Below are positions 44,665-53,181 of a stretch of DNA of 64,000 nucleotides, in pieces (position 1 is the stretch's first letter; each line of letters begins with the position of its first letter). A program made the position numbers and the translations under genes. Source of the stretch: an uncultured Vicinamibacteraceae bacterium (GTDB lineage: Bacteria > Acidobacteriota > Vicinamibacteria > Vicinamibacterales > UBA8438); assembly GCA_964550305.1 (NCBI GenBank), contig CAZJYU010000003.1, forward strand, positions 20,220 through 84,219. Direction: 5' to 3'. Under the pieces are notes generated by a model. The model did not search any database. It was not told where the DNA came from and saw nothing but the letters and a program-made list of their open reading frames with translations.

Positions 44665-45507
44665 ATGAGACGACATCGAACAACCGCGGCAACCGCCGAA
44701 CGCGGCGGACCTGGCGTCCGATTCAGAACGCCGAGGCGCCGGTTCGGGAAAGGGCGGCGCGGGAACCTCCTGGGGCTAGTCCTATGGGTGGCGGCGTGCG
44801 CCGCCGTGCCCGTGACCGCAGGGGCCCAGACACCGGACGAGTCCGCCCGAATGCTCAGTCTCAATGTGGGAGTGCAACTTCTCGCGGATGCATTCACGAC
44901 CACGACCGTTTTTCAACAGCATGACGAGCGCGGTGACCTGCAGGCGCACTACAACATGACCAAGGACGCGGCCTGGTCCGCGGGGATCACGTTGCCGTTC
45001 GTGGGTCACGGGGTCGGCATCGAGGTGTCGCACCTCGCAAAGCCGACTCCCATCCGGGTGGAAGCCAGCATCCCGCATCCCCTGCTCTTCTCGTTCCCGC
45101 GCGAGTTCCAGATGACGCTCGGCGGCTTCACGCGGCGCGAGACCGCCATTCATCTGCAGGGCGAGTTCTGGCAGGGGCTCTCCGACCGGCTGCTGCTTCG
45201 CGCGTTCTTCGGCCCGACCATCTGGTTCGTCAGTCAGGAGACGCTCTCGGACATCACGACGGTGGACGCGGACCATCGACTGGACACCGTCCGTCTGGAG
45301 GACTACGAAGCGGCGACGCACGGGGGCAGCACGCTGGGCTACCACTTCGGGTTCGATCTGACCTGGTTTCTGAACCAGCGGCTCGGTCTGGCAGGGACCG
45401 TCCGCAACAGCCACGGCACCGCGACCGTCTGGCTGAATCCGGAGTCGCGGGTCACGCTCGGGCTGGGAGGCCCGCACTTCACCGCCGGCCTGCGCTACCT
45501 CTTCTGA
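44665..45507 (+). CDS. putative outer-membrane beta-barrel protein
   Basis: Start at ATG 44665. Basic N-terminus plus signal (LLGLVLWVAACAAVPVTAGAQ), beta-strand-rich body, C-terminal ...TAGLRYLF with a terminal Phe as in OMPs. Confidence 0.55.
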   Translation: MRRHRTTAATAERGGPGVRFRTPRRRFGKGRRGNLLGLVLWVAACAAVPVTAGAQTPDESARMLSLNVGVQLLADAFTTTTVFQQHDERGDLQAHYNMTKDAAWSAGITLPFVGHGVGIEVSHLAKPTPIRVEASIPHPLLFSFPREFQMTLGGFTRRETAIHLQGEFWQGLSDRLLLRAFFGPTIWFVSQETLSDITTVDADHRLDTVRLEDYEAATHGGSTLGYHFGFDLTWFLNQRLGLAGTVRNSHGTATVWLNPESRVTLGLGGPHFTAGLRYLF

Positions 45508-45538
45508 CCGGCGGCGGGCCGGCTGGCTGCGTCCGGCC

Positions 45539-46432
45539 TCAGTGCGCCATTTCGGCCGGAAAGAGCTGGAGCAACGCAACCGGATCGACGCGGGCGTTGT
45601 TCAGGCGAACCGTCCAGTGGAGGTGCGGTCCGGTGACCCGGCCGGTCGCCCCCACCTTTCCGACGGTTTCGCCCTGGTTGACGCTTTCCCCTTCCGCCAC
45701 GTCGATGGCCGAGAGATGGGCGAAGTAGGAATAGAGCCCCCAGCCGTGGTCGAGGATCACGACGTTGCCGGAGAAGTAGGTGTCGGCCGCCAGCACGACC
45801 ACGCCGTGGTTCGGCGCGAGTATCGGCGTGCCCTCCGCCGCGCGGAAGTCGGCGCCGCTATGCGGGCTGCGCGGCTGCCCGTTGAACACGCTGCGTCGCC
45901 CGAACGCGCTGGTCGCTTCGCCCGGCACGGGCCGAAGGAAACCGCCGTTCCACAGCCGCTCGGGACTCGCGACGGGAAAAATGGCGTTGAGTCGCGCCGC
46001 CTCACGCTGAATCCTGTCGATCACCTCGGCCGGCGGATTCACGAAACTCGGGTTGACGGTCAGTTCGCGCGTCGCGAACTGCTTCGGCTCGACGTCGAGC
46101 GTGTAGGTCCGTTCGTCGACCGTACCGTCCGGACCCTCGGCCCGCACGACGACGGGATGCGCGCCGGGGTCCACAGTCAGGTCGACGCCGACCAGCGTGG
46201 ACGAGACATTCGCCGGCCCGGCCGGGAAGAAACGCAGATCGCGGTCGAACGCGCGCGCCGTCAGCGATTGGGTCGGCCCGTCGATCCGTACATCAATCAC
46301 TACCACCTCGCCCGGATGCAGCGCTCGCGCCCGGTGGGTAATCGACTGAATCAGACTCCCGCCGTCGCCCGGCTGCGCCGCCGCCGGCGACGCCAGCGCT
46401 ACCGCGAGCACGATGATTGCAGCAATACGCAT
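45539..46432 (-). CDS. M23 family metallopeptidase
   Basis: Signal peptide. ...PHSGADFRAAEGTPILAPNHGVVV...GNVVILDHGWGLYSYFAHLS...VGATGRVTGPHLHWTV contains the HxxxD and HxH M23/LytM motifs. Confidence 0.85.
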   Translation of the reverse strand: MRIAAIIVLAVALASPAAAQPGDGGSLIQSITHRARALHPGEVVVIDVRIDGPTQSLTARAFDRDLRFFPAGPANVSSTLVGVDLTVDPGAHPVVVRAEGPDGTVDERTYTLDVEPKQFATRELTVNPSFVNPPAEVIDRIQREAARLNAIFPVASPERLWNGGFLRPVPGEATSAFGRRSVFNGQPRSPHSGADFRAAEGTPILAPNHGVVVLAADTYFSGNVVILDHGWGLYSYFAHLSAIDVAEGESVNQGETVGKVGATGRVTGPHLHWTVRLNNARVDPVALLQLFPAEMAH

Positions 46433-46434
46433 CG

Positions 46435-47925
46435 TTACCCCCCGAAGAGCGCCACCCCGAAAATCCGGTCCAGAATGGCAAGCGCGGTCAGACCGCTAAA
46501 CACGATCAGGCTGAACCAGGCGAGCCCGCAGACCAGCGCCGAAGGATAGAAGGCCGTGTTGTCCTTCGGAATCACCGTGACGCAGTACCAGACGTTCAGA
46601 AAGAAAATCACCGGCGCGATAAAGAACGCGAGCGCCGACGAGATCAGCACGAGGTAGACCGGACGCGGCAGCCCGGCGATGATCAGCACTGCGGCGATCA
46701 ACGAATAGAACATCGTCAGGCGGTAGATGTTGTATTCGGAGACGAGGCTCCGGCGATGATCGTCGGTGAGCTGATCGGCGGCGATGCCGCGGAGCGCGGC
46801 GGTCGGCCGGAACAGGTTGCGGCAACAGGCGGCAACCACGCGGGGCCAGCCGTCGAAGTAGTTGAACGCGGTGGAAAACGTCGCCGCGAACGCGCCCAAC
46901 AGGAAGATGAGCATCATGCCGGGGCCCATACTGTCGGTGAAGATGCGTGCGATCTCGCCGATCACCGCGTTGCCGGAGACTTCGCTCGGGTAGAGCCAGA
47001 CGGCCGCGAGCAGCAGGAAGATCACCGCGAGGACAAACGACACGATGTGGCCCAGGGTGAAGTCCCACAGCCCGATCCGGAACCAGCGCCGGCAGTATTC
47101 CTGCGCCTGTTCGGGCAGCCGCGAAACGTCGACCGCGAGGTCCTCCTTGGTCGAACCGAACGGATCGAAGCGGTGCGCCAGGCCGTTCCGCTCGAGTTGC
47201 TCGCGGATCCGCCCCATCCCGGCCCGCTTCGCCTTTCCCCACTCCGACGCCTGCAGCGACACGTCGATCCCGGTCGGCAGCAGGCCGAGGAACGCCGCAA
47301 TCAACAGCCACGATCCGGTCGGAGTTTCGACGACGAAGAAACGTCCCATCGCCGAGATCGGCGCCGGTTCGAACAGGTAGACACCGATGGTCGAGACGAA
47401 GAGCAGTCCGGCGAGCATCTTGGTCGCCAACTCCACCGCTGCATAGCGCCCGTAGAGGATGATGCCGACCGAGAGGACGCCCAGCCCAAGGCCGTAGACC
47501 CAACTGGGCAGGCCAAGCCCGAGGTACTCCGAGAACACGTAGAAGAGGACCGCGGCGGCGGCGGCAAGCCGCCCTGCCTGCCCCAGCGCGCACTGAATGA
47601 CCGTCGTGATCAGGACGTACCAGACTGGCCACTTGCCTGGCGCCGTGCTGTAGGCGTCAAGCATGCTGCGGCCGGTGGCGTTCGTGAACCGAAACGCCAT
47701 CTCGAAGCCGTAGTACTTGAAGACGTAAGCGACCGGGATGCACCAGAGCAGCGCGTACTCGAAGCGCCCGCCCGCCGCCGGTGCGGTCACCAGATGCGAG
47801 GTCCCGATGCCCGTCATCATCAGAATCAGCCCGGGGCCGAAGTGCCGCAGCAGGCCACGCGGGTTGGTGTCGGGTAGCGGGAGTCGATCGAGCGCCTCGT
47901 CCGCTGGCGGCTGCTCGACCGGCAT
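46435..47925 (-). CDS. NRAMP-family divalent metal transporter
   Basis: Start at ATG 47925 (MPVEQPP...). ...LRHFGPGLILMMTGIGTSHLVTAPAAGGRFEYALLW... and about 11 TM helices resemble the NRAMP/MntH fold. A distant member, so no gene symbol is assigned. Confidence 0.65.
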   Translation of the reverse strand: MPVEQPPADEALDRLPLPDTNPRGLLRHFGPGLILMMTGIGTSHLVTAPAAGGRFEYALLWCIPVAYVFKYYGFEMAFRFTNATGRSMLDAYSTAPGKWPVWYVLITTVIQCALGQAGRLAAAAAVLFYVFSEYLGLGLPSWVYGLGLGVLSVGIILYGRYAAVELATKMLAGLLFVSTIGVYLFEPAPISAMGRFFVVETPTGSWLLIAAFLGLLPTGIDVSLQASEWGKAKRAGMGRIREQLERNGLAHRFDPFGSTKEDLAVDVSRLPEQAQEYCRRWFRIGLWDFTLGHIVSFVLAVIFLLLAAVWLYPSEVSGNAVIGEIARIFTDSMGPGMMLIFLLGAFAATFSTAFNYFDGWPRVVAACCRNLFRPTAALRGIAADQLTDDHRRSLVSEYNIYRLTMFYSLIAAVLIIAGLPRPVYLVLISSALAFFIAPVIFFLNVWYCVTVIPKDNTAFYPSALVCGLAWFSLIVFSGLTALAILDRIFGVALFGG

Positions 47926-47938
47926 TGGCCTGATTCTA

Positions 47939-48733
47939 TCAGGCCGGCAACGGTGACTGATAAAGCGCCCGACCGACGAAGAACGGACCCATCTGCTGGA
48001 TGAACTCCGACGTCTGCCGGGTGGATCGCATGTCCTTGACGAGGCGCGAGAGCGGATAGAGTTCCGGCCCAATCAGGCCGATGACGAACTCGTTGTCGTC
48101 CCGATCCAACCCGTGGCACTCCAGGCGCACGTCGACCGCGTAGCCCGCCTCGCCATAGCGGCGGCCGAGCATCCCGTGCTCCATCAGGATCCTCCCCTGC
48201 TCGGCCCGCGGGAGCTGGTTGAACGCGCCGATGCGCCGGAGCGGGTACCAGACCGCCCACGGGTGCGCCGGATCCAACACGTTGCGCGGCACCTTGCGCA
48301 ACAGAAAGTCCTCAAGATCCGCCTCGCGACCGGACGAATAGGTACGGCCGATCATCGCCATGTCGGGACGCGGGACGAGATCGCGAAACGGCGCATCGAT
48401 CAACAGCACGCGACCCGCCTCCGCGAACCACGCGGGATCCCGGCTCATCAGCAGCACGCCGACCCCGCGGGGATCGTTCACGTCGGCGTAGACGACGGCG
48501 TCGAAGCCGCTCGCGCGGACCGCAGCAACGACCGGCGCGGTGTCGAGACAGCCGGTCAGGACCTGCAACTGCACGAACAGGCGCCGCGTCGACGTCTGGG
48601 GCGTCCCCCGGACCGGAGCCCCGTGCTCGCGCAGATCGGGCGGACCCTCGGCTGTGGGCGGCGCATGCCGTCCCGGGTCCGGCGGTCGTTCGACGGCGGC
48701 GACGGCGCCTGCATCCCCGGATTGATCGGTCAC
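47939..48733 (-). CDS. chlorite dismutase family protein (Cld/HemQ-like)
   Basis: ...FVQLQVLTGC...YADVNDPRGVGVLLMSRDP...WAVWYPLRRIGAFNQLPRAEQGRILMEHG.LGRRYG..G..VDVRLECHGLD..DNEFVIGL.GPELYPLSRLVKDMRSTRQTSEF is the ferredoxin-like Cld-family pattern. The long Pro/Ala-rich N-terminus makes the GTG start uncertain. Confidence 0.7.
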   Translation of the reverse strand: MTDQSGDAGAVAAVERPPDPGRHAPPTAEGPPDLREHGAPVRGTPQTSTRRLFVQLQVLTGCLDTAPVVAAVRASGFDAVVYADVNDPRGVGVLLMSRDPAWFAEAGRVLLIDAPFRDLVPRPDMAMIGRTYSSGREADLEDFLLRKVPRNVLDPAHPWAVWYPLRRIGAFNQLPRAEQGRILMEHGMLGRRYGEAGYAVDVRLECHGLDRDDNEFVIGLIGPELYPLSRLVKDMRSTRQTSEFIQQMGPFFVGRALYQSPLPA

Positions 48734-48757
48734 GGCGCGATCTTATACTGGCGTCCC

Positions 48758-49489
48758 GTGGTTCCGGATGGTGCACGTACGGCGTCGTCCACGTCTGCTA
48801 CGGGCCGGACCCCTCTGTCCGGACGAGCACATCCGCGTCCGCATCTCATCGTGATCGCGGGCGCGTCCGGCTCCGGCAAGACGACGCTGGCGCGGCACCT
48901 GGCGAACGCGCTCGGAAACACCCCGGACTCGGTCATCCCGATAGACGCCTACTACCGCGACCATCCCGAGTACCGCGCAGCCGGGCGCGCCGCCGCCAAC
49001 TACGACGCGCCCGACGCCATCGATATCGCACTCCTGCTCGCGCACCTGAGCGCACTGCGCGCGGGACGGACGGTGGAACGTCCCGTCTACGACTTCCGGC
49101 GCCACCGGCGCGTGATGGCGACCGCCACCCTGCACCCCGCGCCAATCCTCCTGCTCGAAGGCCTCCTCGCGCTGCATTGGCCGGAGATCCGCGGGCTGGC
49201 CGGCACGCGCGTCTTTATTCGGATCAAGGCCGCGACGGCGCTTGCGCGCCGCATTGCACGAGACCGCGCGGAGCGGGGCCGCGACGAGACGTCGGTTCGC
49301 CAGCAGTGGGCATCGACCGTCGGGCCCAGCTATGAACGCTGGGTCGCCCCGACCGCACGCTTCGCCGATGTGACGGTCGACGGCGCCCTGCCGATTGCGC
49401 GCGCAGCGACGGCGGTGCTCCATCACGTACGGTCGTCGGCGGGCGCGGCAAGCGCGCCCCGTTCACGCTCGAAGACACGCGCCAACTGA
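48758..49489 (+). CDS. udk: uridine kinase / PRK-family nucleoside kinase
   Basis: P-loop IVIAGASGSGKTTLARHL, ...IPIDAYYRD...NYDAPDAID...VYDF..H.R......P..ILLLEGLLAL. No in-frame ATG downstream of the divergent gene, so the start is placed at GTG 48758 with low certainty. The 3' end overlaps the convergent gene by 67 nt. Confidence 0.7.
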   Translation: MVPDGARTASSTSATGRTPLSGRAHPRPHLIVIAGASGSGKTTLARHLANALGNTPDSVIPIDAYYRDHPEYRAAGRAAANYDAPDAIDIALLLAHLSALRAGRTVERPVYDFRRHRRVMATATLHPAPILLLEGLLALHWPEIRGLAGTRVFIRIKAATALARRIARDRAERGRDETSVRQQWASTVGPSYERWVAPTARFADVTVDGALPIARAATAVLHHVRSSAGAASAPRSRSKTRAN

Positions 49490-50493
49490 TCTGCGGCGTC
49501 CGCGAGGAGGCGCTGGCGTTCCGCGTCGGGCGGAATCGCCGCGCGAGCAAACAACTCGACCACGGCTATCACCTGGCCGGCTGTACTGACCGGAATCGCG
49601 CAGAGCGATCGGAAGTCCTCCAGCGCCGTGCGGCGGGCATCGGACAGGCGCGGATCTATCGCGATGGCGGCCACCCAGCTCGGCTCGTTCGAGGCAACGG
49701 CGCGATGGAGCACATGGTCGTCACTGTCACCGCAACAGGCGTCGATCGCCGCACGCGCGCCGATCGCCAGGCTCCCGTCATCGGCGACATGCCAAATGCC
49801 GGTGGAAATCAACGGCTCGTCCCCCTCTGCCGCGGCAAGATAGGCAGTGGCGGCGTCCCAGCCTCCCCATGCGCAGACGTGCGGCAGCAGGTCCCGCAAC
49901 GACGCGTGGAACGAGATGCTCTCGCGGCCAAGCACGACCGCCGCCCGCAGCATCCCGAGCGCGGCTGTCGCCGCCGCCGCCCGCTCCGTCGCGCCGGGCG
50001 CCTCTGCGGCTTCGGCCGCCTCGGCTGCGGCATCGGCCGTCCGCGCCGCGGTGACGTCCGTATAGATGAGGAGCGTCTCGCCCTGAGCCGTACGGCGTGT
50101 CCGGATCTCCAGCCAGCGGCCGTCCGGCGTGCGGTGCGCTTCCGTCGTGTCGGTGCCGAGCCGGTCGAGATAGCCGGTGATCCAGGCGTCGATCTCCGAC
50201 TCCGGGATGAGTACGACGGCACGCGTCGCGGTGTAGCGGATCAGATCCTCCCACTCCAGGCCCCGCTTGAGGGCGACCCACGGGTAGAACTCGCGGAACC
50301 GTTCGTTGCAGGCGATGAGGCGCCCGTCGGTGCTCCAGACGGCAAGACCCGAGGCGTCGTGCGCCAGCACTGCCGCCATCCGATCCTGAAGCACCGCCGC
50401 CATGACGCGTGCGCCCGCCAGCCGCCAGGCGAACAACACGACGAGCCCGGCCAGCGCAATAGCCGCCGCAACGATCATGCTCACCAGGATCAC
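49423..50493 (-). CDS. membrane-anchored PAS + GAF sensor-domain protein without recognisable output domain
   Basis: N-terminal TM helix (MILVSMIVAAAIALAGLVVLFAW). PAS-like region (GLAVWSTDGRLIACNERFREFYPW...HRTPDGRWLEIRTRRTAQGETLLIYTDVT). An AAEAAEAAEA linker, then a GAF-like region (...LCAIPVSTAGQVIAVVELFAR...). Confidence 0.65.
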   Translation of the reverse strand: MILVSMIVAAAIALAGLVVLFAWRLAGARVMAAVLQDRMAAVLAHDASGLAVWSTDGRLIACNERFREFYPWVALKRGLEWEDLIRYTATRAVVLIPESEIDAWITGYLDRLGTDTTEAHRTPDGRWLEIRTRRTAQGETLLIYTDVTAARTADAAAEAAEAAEAPGATERAAAATAALGMLRAAVVLGRESISFHASLRDLLPHVCAWGGWDAATAYLAAAEGDEPLISTGIWHVADDGSLAIGARAAIDACCGDSDDHVLHRAVASNEPSWVAAIAIDPRLSDARRTALEDFRSLCAIPVSTAGQVIAVVELFARAAIPPDAERQRLLADAADQLARVFERERGALAAPADDRT

Positions 50494-50540
50494 GGCGCCA
50501 TCTTACCGGGAGTCCGCGGCCGCGCCCCGAGCGCGTCGGA

Positions 50541-50804
50541 TCAATTGGCCACCGGGGGATCCGTCGTCCAGTGGCGGAGCGGGACGGATACCAGGAGGTA
50601 CTGCTTCCGGAGGGCGACGACGTGCCGTGCGTACTCCGCCCTGGGGATCTCGCCCCGCACCTGACGATCCCGCAGGCGGCGCAGCTCGAAGCGATAGAGG
50701 TCGTTGACGAATTCGTGCACCAGCGCGGGCGTCGTCTCCGGTGTCGGCCGAACGCCATGCGCTGCGAGCGCCTCAACCACGGCCGGCCGGTAGTGGTAGG
50801 GCAT
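50541..50804 (-). CDS. small hypothetical protein (87 aa)
   Basis: ATG at 50804: MPYHYRPAVVEALAAHGVRPTPETTPALVHEFVNDLYRFELRRLRDRQVRGEIPRAEYARHVVALRKQYLLVSVPLRHWTTDPPVAN. The rest of the 193-aa track ORF is Arg/Pro junk antisense to the Slt-like gene. Confidence 0.5.
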   Translation of the reverse strand: MPYHYRPAVVEALAAHGVRPTPETTPALVHEFVNDLYRFELRRLRDRQVRGEIPRAEYARHVVALRKQYLLVSVPLRHWTTDPPVAN

Positions 50805-50845
50805 CACGGATCGATTGACTGTAGCAGGATGGCGGTGCCGCAATC

Positions 50846-53113
50846 GTGTACGCTCGCTCCGCGAACACGATGACACCGGGGGTTGGCCACCGATCCGCTG
50901 CGCGCCGGCTCGTTGCCTGCGCCTGTTTGCTCGTCGCCCCATCCGTCCTGATCCCGGTGCGCGGACAGGCGCCGGATCCGAACGACGCGATTCGCCTGCC
51001 TCCACCCGCCGTGCCGAGCGCCGTCGCGCACATGCGCGCAGGCGATCCGGCCGCGGCGCTGGCGGCCCTCGATCGCGCGCTCGGAGCGCCGGGTGACGCG
51101 GAAGCCCAGTTGGACGGGACAATTCTCCGCGCCGCGTTGCTCAGCCAGGCAGGTCGTCCGGGCGACGCGGAGGAGGCATGGCGCGAAGTGATAGATCGCG
51201 CGGTGTTCATGCGCACGTACGCCCGGCGCGCGATCGTCGAGAGTCTCACGACGCGCGGCGCGCCGGCGGAGGCCGAAACCTACCTTCAGGCACTCACGAA
51301 CACCGACGCAGTCCGTCACCGCGACCTGATGCTCCGCGTCGCCGAGGCGCATCTCGACGCCGGCGCGCCCAACCGGGCGGCGGCGCTCTACCAGCGGGTG
51401 CTGGCGTCCGGCGGGCGGAACGCCGACACCGATGCCGCGCGTCTCGGTCTTGCCACGGCGCAGGAAGCTCAGGGAGACACGGCGGCGGCGCTCGAGACGC
51501 TGCGCGCGGCACGGCTCCGCTTCCGGACAGCCGACGCGTACGAGACCGCGACCCGCGAGTCGGCCCGCCTCGCGCGCGTCCGCGGCGAGACCCTCCGCCC
51601 GCTCGCCGAGTCGGAGTACGCCTTGGTTGTCCAGCGTCTCCGCGGCGCGTCGCGCTTCGCACCCGCGCTCGCCGCGCTGGAGGCGTGGGAAACCGCCTAC
51701 CCCGGGCCGGCCACGGCGGAACGGGTGGCGGCCGAACGGATCGATACGCTCTACGCACAGCGTGACAACCAGGTGGCGGTGGACGCCTGCGTGGCATTCT
51801 ACGAACGCTTCCCGTCGAGCGCGCGCATGCCCGCCATCCGGCTGATTGATTTCCGCCTCGCCATCCGGATGGGTGATCTCGAACGCGCGCGGCGGCTCGG
51901 CCTCGACCTCTGGGAGGGACGCGTCGACGGCGCCGACCGCGAACAGCGCCGCAACGCAGCCGTTCTGCTTGCCGCAGTCCTGGCCGCGCGCGGCGACGCC
52001 GATGGCGGTCTGGCCCTGTACCCCCGACTGTTCGAGACGGCGCCGACACCGGACGACGCGCGGGCGATGCTCTGGCGCGCGGGGGTTGTGGCGATCCGGA
52101 TGGGCGAGTACGGCCGGGCCTTCACCAATCTGCAGGCGCTGATCGAGCGGGGCCCCGGGGGCGACCTCGCCCTGGCGGCACAGTACTGGCTGGGCGTCGC
52201 GCACGAGCAGAACGGTGACGCCACCGACGCGGTCCGCCGCTTCCGTCCGCTGGCGATCCGCTACCCGTACCACTATTACGGCCTCGCCGCGCGCGAACGG
52301 CTCGCCGCGCTGGGCGCGGCCCCGGCTGAAGACACCCTGGAGCGCATCGACTTCCCGGGCCTGAGGATCGACCGGGGCGCCCGGACGCGCGCGGAGTTCC
52401 GTGCCGCGATGGCGTTGGCACGGGCAGGTCTGGTAGACGACGCGGCGTGGTACCTCCGCCGCCTCCTCGGACAGCGTCGCGGTGACCGGGGGCTGGCACT
52501 GCTCGCGGCGCGCGCGTCGTCGGCCGCGGGGGACCACGCCAGCGCCGCGCGCGTGCTGTTCAGCGCATTCGGCGCGTTTTTCTCTCGGCCGGCGCGCGGC
52601 TTGCCGGACGACTTCTGGACGATGGCCTTCCCGCGCCCGTTTTGGGAGACGGTGACCGAGGCGGCCCGCCGGCACGAGGCCGACCCGGTGCTGCTGGTCT
52701 CGCTGATGCGTCGCGAGTCACGCTTCGATCCGGATGCCCGCTCACCGGTCGGGGCTGTAGGCCTGTTGCAAGTGATGCCCTATACCGCGGCCGCACTGGC
52801 GGAAAGGGCCGGCGTCGGCGAGATCGTCATGCCGGACGGCATCGATGACGCGGCAATCGCCGATCCGCCTGTCAACATAGCGATCGCGGCCCGCCTCAAC
52901 GGCGACCTGCTTGCTCAGTTCGGTGCCGAGCGCCTTCCCGTGATCGCCGCCTACAACGCCGGCGAGGACCACGCCGGCTACTGGTGGACCGCCGCGCAGG
53001 GTCTTCGCGACGACTTCTTCATCGACGGCATCCCGTATACGGAGACCCGCAACTTCGTGAAGGAAGTAGTGGCCAACTACGCCAGCTACCAGCGGATCTA
53101 CGGCGGCCAGTGA
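50846..53113 (+). CDS. soluble lytic murein transglycosylase-like protein (helical repeat N-domain + SLT catalytic domain)
   Basis: Signal-like N-terminus, a long Ala/Leu/Arg helical-repeat region, and a C-terminal SLT domain: ...LLVSLMRRESRFDPDARSPVGAVGLLQVMPYTA...AAYNAGEDH...YTETRNFVKEVVANYASY. Start is 50846 (GTG) or ATG 50870. Confidence 0.8.
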   Translation: MYARSANTMTPGVGHRSAARRLVACACLLVAPSVLIPVRGQAPDPNDAIRLPPPAVPSAVAHMRAGDPAAALAALDRALGAPGDAEAQLDGTILRAALLSQAGRPGDAEEAWREVIDRAVFMRTYARRAIVESLTTRGAPAEAETYLQALTNTDAVRHRDLMLRVAEAHLDAGAPNRAAALYQRVLASGGRNADTDAARLGLATAQEAQGDTAAALETLRAARLRFRTADAYETATRESARLARVRGETLRPLAESEYALVVQRLRGASRFAPALAALEAWETAYPGPATAERVAAERIDTLYAQRDNQVAVDACVAFYERFPSSARMPAIRLIDFRLAIRMGDLERARRLGLDLWEGRVDGADREQRRNAAVLLAAVLAARGDADGGLALYPRLFETAPTPDDARAMLWRAGVVAIRMGEYGRAFTNLQALIERGPGGDLALAAQYWLGVAHEQNGDATDAVRRFRPLAIRYPYHYYGLAARERLAALGAAPAEDTLERIDFPGLRIDRGARTRAEFRAAMALARAGLVDDAAWYLRRLLGQRRGDRGLALLAARASSAAGDHASAARVLFSAFGAFFSRPARGLPDDFWTMAFPRPFWETVTEAARRHEADPVLLVSLMRRESRFDPDARSPVGAVGLLQVMPYTAAALAERAGVGEIVMPDGIDDAAIADPPVNIAIAARLNGDLLAQFGAERLPVIAAYNAGEDHAGYWWTAAQGLRDDFFIDGIPYTETRNFVKEVVANYASYQRIYGGQ

Positions 53114-53181
53114 CGGATGGAGGCCGGCCTGGGGGCTGGCGCATCCCTCCGGCGCGCCGGGAGGGCGTACAGGGATCCCCA

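Noticed and set aside
49975-50045. Short-period GCC/GCG/GAG repetition that could be mistaken for a tandem repeat or array
   Set aside because: It encodes the AAEAAEAAEA low-complexity linker inside the PAS-GAF protein. It has no spacer/repeat organisation, and I saw nothing CRISPR-like anywhere in the window.
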